Assembly (NCBI GenBank): GCA_964016885.1
Contig: OZ024741.1
Coordinates: 129,332,001 to 129,396,000, forward strand
Reading direction: 5' to 3'
DNA: 64,000 bases
From: Eledone cirrhosa
Lineage: Eukaryota
The translations under genes and the position numbers were made by a program. The notes below the pieces were generated by a model, which did not search any database, was not told the DNA's origin, and saw only the letters and a list, made by a program, of their open reading frames with translations. Numbering within the stretch: the stretch's first letter is position 1; each line of letters begins with the position of its first letter. Shown piece after piece: positions 43,101 to 55,100 of the stretch.

Positions 43101-46100
43101 AATATCTCACCTTCTGTCTCTCTCTCAATATCTCACCATCTTCTCTCTCTCAATATCTCACCATCTTCTCTCTCTCAATATCTCACCATCTTTCTCTCTC
43201 TCAATATCTCACCATCTTTCTCTCTCTCAATATCTCACCATCTTCTCTCTCTCAATATCTCACCATCTTCTCTCTCACAATATCTCACCATCTTCTCTCT
43301 CTCAATATCTCACCATCTTTCTCTCTCTCAATATCTCACCATCTTCTCTCTCTCAATATCTCACCATCTTTCTCTCTCTCAATATCTCACCATCTTCTCT
43401 CTCTCAATATCTCACCTTCTTCTCTCTCTCAATATCTCACCATCTTTCTCTCTCACAATATCTCACCATCTTTCTCTCTCTCAATATCTCACCATCTTCT
43501 CTCTCTCAATATCTCACCTTCTTCTCTCTCTCAATATCTCACCTCTTTCTCTCTCTCATATCTCACACCTTTCTCTCTCAATATCTCACCATCTTTCTCT
43601 CTCTCACAATATCTCACCATCTTCTCTCTCACATATCTCACCATCTTTCTCTCTCAATATCTCACCATCTTTCTCTCTCACAATATCTCACCTCTTTCTC
43701 TCTCAATATCTCACCATCTTTCTCTCTCTCAATATCTCACCATCTTCTCTCTCAATATCTCACCATCTTCTCTCTCACAATATCTCACCATCTTCTCTCT
43801 CAATATCTCACCTTCTTTCTCTCTCTCAATATCTCACCACCTTTCTCTCTCAATATCTCACCATCTTTCTCTCTCTCAATATCTCACCATCTTCTCTCTC
43901 TCAATATCTCACCATCTTCTCTCTCTCAATATCTCACAGCTTCTCTCTCTCAATATCTCACCATCTTTCTCTCTCAATATCTCACCATCTTTCTCTCTCT
44001 CATTATCTCACCATCTTCTCTCTCTCACAATATCTCACCATCTTTCTCTCTCTCAATATCTCACCATCTTTCTCTCTCACAATATCTCACCATCTTTCTC
44101 TCTCTCAATATCTCACCTTCTTTCTCTCTCTCAATTCTCACCACCTTTCTCTCTCAATATCTCACCATCTTTCTCTCTCTCAATATCTCACCATCTTGCT
44201 CTCTCTCACATGTCTCACCACCTTTCTCTCACAATATCTCACCATCTTTCTCTCTCTCAATATCTCACCATTTTCTCTCTCTCAATATCTCACCATCTTT
44301 CTCTCTCACATATCTCACCATCTTCTCTCTCACAATATCTCACCTTCTTTCTCTCACAATATCTCACCATCTTTCTCTCTCTCAATATCTCACCATCTTT
44401 CTCTCTCTCAATATCTCACCATCTTTCTCTCTCACAATATCTCACCATCTTTCTCTCTCTCAATATCTCACCATCTTTCTCTCACAATATCTCACCATCT
44501 TTCTCTCTCTCAATATCTCACCATCTTTCTCTCACAATATCTCACCATCTTTCTCTCTCAATATCTCACCATCTTTCTCTCACAATATCTCACCTTCTTT
44601 CTCTCTCACAATATCTCACCATCTTTCCCTCTCTCAATATCTCACCATCTTTCTCTCACAATATCTCACCATCTTTCTCTCACAATATCTCACCTTCTTT
44701 CTCTCTCTCACAATATCTCACCATCTTTCTCTCTCTCAATATCTCACCATCTTTCTCTCTCTCAATATCTCACCATCTTCTCTCTCACAATATCTCACCA
44801 TCTTTCTCTCTCTCAATATCTCACCATCTTTCTCTCTCTCAATATCTCACCATCTTTCTCTCTCACAATATCTCACCATCTTTCTCTCTCTCAATATCTC
44901 ACCATCTTTCTCTCACAATATCTCACCATCTTCTCTCTCTCAATATCTCACCATTTTCTCTCTCAATATCTCACCATCTTTCTCTCACAATATCTCACCA
45001 TCTTTCTCTCACAATATCTCACCATCTTTCTCTCTCACAATATCTCACCATCTTTCTCTCTCACAATATCTCACCATCTTTCTCTCTCACAATATCTCAC
45101 CTTCTTTCTCTCTCACAATATCTCACCATCTTTCTCTCTCTCAATATCTCACCATTTTCTCTCTCAATATCTCACCACCTTTCTCTCTCAATATCTCACC
45201 ACCTTTCTCTCTCAATATCTCACCATCTTTCTCTCTCACAATATCTCACCATCTTCCTCTCTCACAATATCTCACCTTCTTTCTCTCTCTCAATATCTCA
45301 CCTTCTTTCTCTCTCTCAATATCTCACCTTCTTTCTCTCTCACAATATCTCACCATCTTTCTCTCTCTCAATATCTCACCATTTTCTCTCTCAATATCTC
45401 ACCACCTTTCTCTCTCAATATCTCACCATCTTTCTCTCTCTCAATATCTCACCATCTTTCTCTCTCTCAATATCTCACCTTCTTTCTCTCTCTCAATATC
45501 TCACCACCTTTCTCTCTCAATATCTCACCATCTTTCTCTCTCAATATCTCACCATCTTTTTCTCTCTCAATATCTCACCATCTTTCTCTCTCACAATATC
45601 TCACCATCTTTCTCTCTCACAATATCTCACCATCTTTCTCTCTCAATATCTCACCATCTTCCTCTCACAATATCTCACCATCTTTCTCTCTCTCAATATC
45701 TCACCTTCTTTCTCTCTCTCAATATCTCACCTTCTTTCTCTCTCACAATATCTCACCTTCTTTCTCTCTCTCAATATCTCACCATTTTCTCTCTCTCAAT
45801 ATCTCACCATCTTTCTCTCTCTCAATATCTCACCATCTTTCTCTCTCTCACAATATCTCACCATCTTTCTCTCACAATATCTCACCATCTTTCTCTCTCA
45901 ATATCTCACCATCTTTCTCTCTCTCAATATCTCACCATCTTTCTCTCTCACAATATCTCACCATCTTTCTCTCTCACAATATCTCACCATCTTTCTCTCT
46001 CAATATCTCACCATCTTCCTCTCTCACAATATCTCACCATCTTTCTCTCTCAATATCTCACCATCTTCCTCTCTCTCAATATCTCACCATCTTTCTCTCT

Positions 46101-49100
46101 CTCAATATCTCACCTTCTTTCTCTCTCTCAATATCTCACCTTCTTTCTCTCTCAATATCTCACCATCTTTCCTCTCTCACAATATCTCACCTTCTTTCTC
46201 TCTCTCAATATCTCACCTTCTTTCTCTCTCTCAATATCTCACCTTCTTTCTCTCTCTAAATATCTCACCTTCTTTCTCTCTCAATATCTCACCATCTTTC
46301 TCTCTCTCAATATCTCACCTTCTTTCTCTCTCTCAATATCTCACCTTCTTTCTCTCTCAATATCTCACCTTCTTTCTCTCTCAATATCTCACCATCTTTC
46401 TCTCTCTCAATATCTCACCTTCTTCCTCTCTCACAATATCTCACCTTCTTTCTCTCTCTCAATATCTCACCATCTTTCCTCTCTCTCAATATCTCACCTT
46501 CTTTCTCTCTCAATATCTCACCATCTTTCTCTCTCAATATCTCACCTTCTTTCTCTCTCTCAATATCTCACCATCTTCCTCTCTCACAATATCTCACCAT
46601 CTTTCTCTCTCAATATCTCACCATCTTCCTCTCTCTCAATATCTCACCATCTTTCTCTCTCTCAATATCTCACCTTCTTTCTCTCTCTCAATATCTCACC
46701 TTCTTTCTCTCTCAATATCTCACCATCTTTCCTCTCTCACAATATCTCACCTTCTTTCTCTCTCTCAATATCTCACCTTCTTTCTCTCTCTCAATATCTC
46801 ACCTTCTTTCTCTCTCTCAATATCTCACCTTCTTTCTCTCTCAATATCTCACCATCTTTCTCTCTCTCAATATCTCACCATCTTTCCTCTCTCACAATAT
46901 CTCACCTTCTTTCTCTCTCTCAATATCTCACCTTCTTTCTCTCTCTCAATATCTCACCTTCTTTCTCTCTCTCAATATCTCACCATCTTTCTCTCTCAAT
47001 ATCTCACCTTCTTTCTCTCTCTCAATATCTCACCTTCTTTCTCTCTCAATATCTCACCATCTTTCTCTCTCTCAATATCTCACCATCTTTCCTCTCTCAC
47101 AATATCTCACCTTCTTTCTCTCTCTCAATATCTCACCTTCTTCCTCTCTCACAATATCTCACCTTCTTTCTCTCTCTCAATATCTCACCATCTTTCCTCT
47201 CTCTCAATATCTCACCTTCTTTCTCTCTCAATATCTCACCATCTTTCCTCTCTCTCAATATCTCACCTTCTTTCTCTCTCTCAATATCTCACCATCTTTC
47301 TCTCTCTCAATATCTCACCATCTTTCTCTCTCTCAATATCTCACCATCTTTCTCTCTCACAATATCTCACCATCTTTCTCTCTCACAATATCTCACCATC
47401 TTTCTCTCTCTCAATATCTCACCATCTTTCTCTCTCTCAATATCTCACCATCTTTCTCTCTCACAATATCTCACCATCTTTCTCTCTCACAATATCTCAC
47501 CATCTTTCTCTCTCTCAATATCTCACCATCTTTCTCTCTCACAATATCTCACCATCTTTCTCTCTCTCAATATCTCACCTTCTTTCTCTCTCACAATATC
47601 TCACCATCTTTCTCTCTCTCAATATCTCACCATCTTTCTCTCTCTCAATATCTCACCATCTTTCTCTCTCTCAATATCTCACCATTTTTCCTCTCTCTCA
47701 CAATATCTCACCTTCTTTCTCTCTCACAATATCTCACCATCTTTCTCTCTCTCAATATCTCACCATCTTTCTCTCTCTCAATATCTCACCATCTTTCTCT
47801 CTCTCAATATCTCACCTTCTTTCTCTCTCACAATATCTCACCATCTTTCTCTCTCACAATATCTCACCATCTTTCTCTCTCTCAATATCTCACCAGCTTT
47901 CTCTCTCACAATATCTCACCATCTTTCTCTCTCTCAATATCTCACCATCTTTCTCTCTCTCAATATCTCACCATCTTTCTCTCTCTCAATATCTCACCAT
48001 CTTTCTCTCTCTCAATATCTCACCTTCTTTCTCTCTCACAATATCTCACCATCTTTCTCTCTCTCAATATCTCACCATCTTTCTCTCTCTCAATATCTCA
48101 CCTTCTTTCTCTCTCTCAATATCTCACCATCTTTCTCTCTCTCAATATCTCACCTTCTTTCTCTCTCTCAATATCTCACCATCTTTCCTCTCTCTCACCT
48201 TCACAACATCTCACCCTCTCTCTCACCTTCACAACATCTCACCCTCTCTATGTCTCTGTCCACTACAGGTCACACAGTGCCATGTACCAGTTTCCCCTCA
48301 ACGATCACTACGTCCAACAACACCACCTCTGCTGTCTCACTAGAAGGTGCAACAGCTGCAGCAGTAACAACCAGTCAACACAACAGTGCCGCTAATGCAT
48401 CTGCACCGTATTGCAACTTGAAGCTACGCAGCGCTGGTAGCTCATCGCGACCGAGACCATCTGCAGGCCACAGTCCACCAGGGTATCGGTCAACAACAAA
48501 ACAGATGCTCAATACAGTTGGTAACAATGTCCAAGGGGTCAATCCCAGTGGATTTATGGCCACCAGCAGTAGTTTAACAACCCCACCAATCAAAACTAAT
48601 GTTTCATCATCATCACCATCATCATCAGCAGCATTACAATCTCGATTCATGACCCCACCAACGAAAGAAGTGACCCACCACCACTTAAAAGGTGCACTGG
48701 AGAAGGTTCCGCCCCTCTATCAGCTTACAGAAGACCATTCAGATCATATGGCACAGCAGTGAGTTCATCTTTGTTGTTTGTGTTGTTGATGCAATAGTTG
48801 TTGTTAGTCTTAATGTAATAGTTGTTGTTGTTGCTAATGCATTCATTAGTTATTACTGTTGTTAGTGTAATAGATGTTCATCATCATCATCATCATACAT
48901 CCATCTTCCACGCTTGCATGGGTTTGGACGGGGGTTTTCCCACTTGAGGCAAGATTGGTTGTCCTGCTCGTATAGGACTGTCTGGCGGGTTTTCTACGGC
49001 TGGATGCCCTTCCTAACACCAACCACGTTTACAGTGTATTGTCTAATATCATCATAGATGTTGTTAAGATATCATATGATGGCAGATGTTAAAACAAATA

Positions 49101-52100
49101 AAAAAGAAAGAATGAATTGTTGTTGTTTAGCAACAACAACAACTATTACACTAACAACAGTAATAACTATTGCTAATGCATTCATTAGTTATTACTGTTG
49201 TTAGTGTAATAGTTGTTGTTGCTAAACAACAACAATTCATTCTTTCTTTTTCATTTGTTTTAACATCTGCCATCATATGATATCTTAACAAAATCTATGA
49301 TGATATTAGACAATACAATTGCAAGTTTGACACCACACAGGCCCATTCATATATACATATATGAGGTCAAGCTGAAGTATACATCCAGTGAGGCCTCCAG
49401 TCCACACTGTAAAGTCTTTGTGATGACAACACAGCAAAAAGCACCCAGCCCAAACTGTCAAGTGGTCATGTACGTGTCGCAACAAAAAGCACCCAGTAGT
49501 CACTGTAAATGAGGTTGGTGCTAGGAAAGGCATCCAGCTGTAGAAACCAAGCCAACATCAGTTCTGTATGAGCAAGACATGGTCACCTGACCTGGTATTG
49601 CTCACAACAGGATAACTCATGCCTGTGTGGAAAAGTGAACGTTAAATGGTGATGATGATATATGGTAGTTTTTTATTCTCTCAAATTGGTACTTATACTC
49701 ACCATCATTGTCATCATCATCAATTTTATGTCCACCTTCCACACTGTTATGAGTTACATGGGTTGTCATGGTCTGAAATCAGACCGGTCAGAAAAACCTC
49801 ATCTTGCTCATATTTTCCATATTTGGCATGTTTTCTACAGTTGGATGCCCTTCCTAACATCAACCACCTTACAGAATGGACTAGGTGTGATTTTTTATGG
49901 CATCATCACAGCCATTTTACAGAATAATTGACTGGGTGCATTTTATTTCAACACCAACCCTAACACTTTATAAGGTGGATTGGGTTTATTTTATCAGGCA
50001 CCAGCACTAGAGAAGGTGTCAATGCTCATTCAGATGAAAGAGTCCTCAAAGACTCTATACTGTCTCCATTCAATTACCAAACACTGTAGCCTTCTGTCTC
50101 TCACCACCTTTACTATTAGTCCTACTGTGCTTGCACTGTCTAATATAACTTGCAATTTTAGCTATTAATTAATAAAGAAAATCTATGGGTTTTTCATATT
50201 TGCCTTTTTTATTTTCTGTTTCTATTATATAATCAGATCTGACGTATGTGACTCTTTTACATGGTCACTTTTTAGTGAAAAATCCCGCAGGATCTTACAG
50301 TAAATATTTTCAATAGTGATTTCTCACCGGTGATGGTACCACATCTTATCTACATTCAAATTTCTTTTCTACCAAACTCTCACTGTATCATGTGGTATTG
50401 TTTTGTTTTATGTGCTGTCTTGCTACTTTCACACACATGCACACTATATATGTATGTGTGTGTAAATTTATATATATATATTCCTCCATACACATGCACG
50501 CATGTGTTTGTGTATATATCATGACTCATACACTGTTCACTTTCTTGACATTGTACATTATTCTATGTACTATACATACACCTTTGATGAGTTGTTGTGC
50601 ACCTGAACACTATACACAATAATTTTTATCATTTATATATATATATATGATTACTTTAAAAACGGACATTAAATGTTGATGTCTTTCCAATATGTCTACC
50701 TGAAGATTTGTTGACAAGTTGAATATATAGCATAATAATGAAGCAAGTAATAAACGCCTGTTTTATGGTAGAAAATAAAATACTCATTACAATTCATTTC
50801 ATAGATCAGATTCCCTCCAAACCTTTCATACTTGTTTCTCTCCGCACCTGCCACATGCCTGAGGTACCAATCCAGATACAAGCATAGAAAGCAGTACATG
50901 CTCCAAATATGCTTCCCCTCTCATAATGCTGCTCCACAACAACAAAAAAACAAACTTTATCCACCATGTTTACCAATCTGATGTCACAACAACAAAAGCA
51001 CTCCATCCATCCTGTAACATGGTTGGTGTTAGGAAGGACATCTAGCCATAGAAACCAAGCCAAAATATAGATCCATCCATATGAGCAAGACATGGTCACC
51101 TGACCTCATTTGTTTCATAGTGTGACAACCTAGCTAACCCTTGCAAGCATGGAAAATGGACATTAAATGATGATATATCATCATCATCATCATCACCGTT
51201 TTACGTCCGTTCTTCCATGCTAGCATGGGTTAGACGGATATATATATATGTATAGATATATATTAGGAAAATAAGAAATTAGTAGAAAATGCTAATAGAA
51301 TTTTCTCATAGAAAAACAGAAAAACATCCCACAGGGAAGCATAAAAGTAGATGTAAAATGCTCCTGCTGGTGATGATTATCATTGCCATTTAACATCTAT
51401 TTTCCATGTTTCTATGCGGTAGACAGACTGTGGCTTGACTTGTCAAGTGACTATATCCTGCTTGTTGCTCTGTTTTGGGTTTGGTTTTTACAGCTGTATG
51501 CTCTTCCTAATGCCAACCACTTTACAGTGTGTGCAGGGACCACTTCATTATGTATCCAGCACTACCATATAAGTTATGTAATATTTCTAATGGCAGTACA
51601 GGCTATCAATAAGGGGACGAATGAATTCAATATTGGTTCTATGAGAGTCTTTCCACCCTATTGTATATATATATATTATGTTAAATGTATATAATTTTCC
51701 TAAATTTTGGGAAATGTTTTGTTTAGCACTTGATATTGTGTCACCTTCTCTTTCTATTTAATCATGTTATACAGACCTGTCAACTCTCCTCGTCAGACCA
51801 ATGTCTTCTCTTGTGAAAATGGGTATAGCTTTCATTATGTAAAATCTCCCCATTTTAGCCTCATTTCTCACCGTTTTGGAGCTCTTTTTTTTCATGGTAC
51901 TCCGTTTGAGATTTTAGAGCTTGCCAGGTCTGTGTTATACGTCCAGCTTCAACCAGTTTCAAAACTCTTACTGCAACTCTTTCTCAAAGTTATTATCTTA
52001 CTCTTACTCACGTTATTATCTTACTCTTACTCACGTTATTTTTTATCCTCCTACTGTTCCACACTTTTGTTTTCACAGCCTTTTCTGTGCATCTTTATCA

Positions 52101-55100
52101 TTTAATTGTTGGTGTTGACAACCAATTATTTAACAATTTGTCAACATTAATAGAACTTTGTGTACTTCTTACTCATGTTCTTGTCTATATCCAAATTCTT
52201 CCAATGTTTCCTAAGTCACCCTGATGTTCACACATCTAGCTACAAACTTAAAATCTTCTAAAAGATTTATGGCAAAGCACTCCTTATGGTAAATGGTTAA
52301 CGCACTCACCTGGTACATGAGAGAGGCCAAGTTCGATTCTTCACAGGTACCTCTGCATCCAGTAGTATTTACCTGATTGTCTCAACTATTATTTGTAGTT
52401 ATTGACTATTGTTATACTCATTTGCAAGCAAGGGAAGGTGGACGTAAAATAAATAAATAAATAAAATATTACATTTCAAATTACTGAATTATCTCCCTTT
52501 TCGTGTCAAAACGCTTATGGTGTGATTCGCGTCCGATTGTTGCACTTAGTGGTGAATTGCACCCCCTTTGTTTTCTTTTATTTGTATATATTATAGGGTG
52601 TTCGTTAGTAAACATGGTATTATTGTTTTTATACAACTGTGAATAAAAGTCATATATATATATATTTATTCTCAATAATATTTCTAAAATGTTTCAGTCT
52701 GTACTCCTACTAACTTCTGTCTCTCTTTCTCTCCCTTACTCATTATCCATGAACAGAAATCTCAGTTTCTCCAGCATGCCCAATAACAACCACCAGCACC
52801 ACCAACCAATGCTGGGTTTAGCATCTTCCAGTAACAATGGAGACATTCCACAGACCGGCAACTCTGACCACCAGCCACCACCAGATGACACTTCAGCAAT
52901 CCACTGTGAAGATATTTCGCAGTGTTTTGAACAAGTTCAAAACAACGTCGACCAAATGAGACATTGTGAGTTATCTCCCCATGTTTTATCTTAATTTTTT
53001 TTCTCCTTCCTTTTTGTTTTTTTGTATGATGCCTAAATCAGAAACCATTATTATCATTTACTAAGGGCAGTGAATTGGCAGTATCGGTAGAGGGTTGGAC
53101 GCCATGTTTTCTAGCATAATTACGTCCCTTTACAGTCTGAGTTCAAATCCCACCGAGGTTAACTTTGCCTTTCATCCTTACGGGGTCGATAAAATAAAGT
53201 ACCAGTAATGTACTGTGTAATTGCTGGCCTTGTGCCTAAAGTAGAAACAATTATTATCATTACTATTAGGCGGTGGATTGGCAGTATCGGCAGAGGGTCG
53301 GACGCCATGCTTTGCAACATAGAGTTATATCCCTTTACAGTCTGAGTTCAAATCCTGCTGAGTTTAGCTTTGCCTTTCGTCCTTACGGGGTCGATAAAAT
53401 AAAGTATCAGTAATGTACTGGGATCGATTTAATTGATTTTCACCTCCCCCAAAATTGTTTAAGTGACTTCCAATCTGCTACTGTGGTCAAGTTAAAATGA
53501 CCAAATATGTATAAAACCCTTGTGTATGTATGGGTATATGTTTGTGTCATCATCATCTCTATTTTGCATTTATTTTCTATGCTATCATGGTTTAGATAGG
53601 CTGTCATGTTCTGAGGCCTAGACAAGTCAGATAACTATCTTGCTCATACATTCAAGTCAGTTTTATTATGGCACCCACATTACCACATCATAAGGTAGGC
53701 TGGGTGCATTTTATCATGGCACCAGCACTACCATTTTATAAAGTGGGCTGGGTAAATTTTATCATGGCACCAGCACTATCATTTTACAAAGTGGGATGGG
53801 TGAATTTTATCATGGCACCAGCACTACCATTTTACAAAGTGGGATGGGTGAATTTTATCATGACACCAGCACTACCATTTTACAAAGTGGGCTGGGTGAA
53901 TTTTATCATGGCACCAGCACTACCATTTTACAAAGTGGGATGGGTGAATTTTATCATGGCACCAGCACTATCATTTTACAAAGTGGGATGGGTGAATTTT
54001 ATCATGGCACCAGCACTATCATTTTACAAAGTGGGATGGGTGAATTTTATCATGGCACCAGCACTATCATTTTACAAAGTGGGATGGGTGAATTTTATCA
54101 TGGCACCAGCACTATCATTTTACAAAGTGGGATGGGTGAATTTTATCATGGCACCAGCACTATCATTTTACAAAGTGGGATGGGTGAATTTTATCATGGC
54201 ACCAGCACTATCATTTTACAAAGTGGGATGGGTGAATTTTATCATGGCACCAGCACTACCATTTTACAAAGTGGGATGGGTGAATTTTATCATGGCACCA
54301 GCACTATCATTTTACAAAGTGGGATGGGTGAATTTTATCATGGCACCAGCACTACCATTTTACAAAGTGGGATGGGTGAATTTTATCATGACACCAGCAC
54401 TACCATTTTACAAAGTGGGCTGGGTGAATTTTATCATGGCACCAGCACTACCATTTTACAAAGTGGGATGGGTGAATTTTATCATGGCACCAGCACTATC
54501 ATTTTACAAAGTGGGATGGGTGAATTTTATCATGGCACCAGCACTATCATTTTACAAAGTGGGATGGGTGAATTTTATCATGGCACCAGCACTATCATTT
54601 TACAAAGTGGGATGGGTGAATTTTATCATGGCACCAGCACTATCATTTTACAAAGTGGGATGGGTGAATTTTATCATGGCACCAGCACTATCATTTTACA
54701 AAGTGGGATGGGTGAATTTTATCATGGCACCAGCACTATCATTTTACAAAGTGGGATGGGTGAATTTTATCATGGCACCAGCACTACCATTTTACAAAGT
54801 GGGATGGGTGAATTTTATCATGGCACCAGCACTATCATTTTACAAAGTGGGATGGGTGAATTTTATCATGGCACCAGCACTACCATTTTACAAAGTGGGA
54901 TGGGTGAATTTTATCATGGCACCAGCACTATCATTTTAATGTGTGGACTGGATGCATTTTATCATAGTACAAGCATGTCTATATCTATATATGGAGGCAG
55001 TGTCTGCTTGTGTGTATGTATACACACTCGTCTATCTTAGATAATAAAGGAGATGCATTGAACAATGTAATTCCTAATACACAAAAAGACAGGATAGTCA

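Noticed and set aside
22627-48343. ORFs of 4928, 932, 687 and 1377 aa
   Set aside because: The G-free satellite cannot form TAG or TGA and rarely TAA, so all + frames are open. One ORF runs through the N gap.
52281-52350. Functional tRNA gene
   Set aside because: Acceptor and T stems do not pair, so it was kept only as a remnant.
53668-55040. 423- and 414-aa repeat ORFs
   Set aside because: They are translations of the 48-bp minisatellite and have no supporting splice structure.
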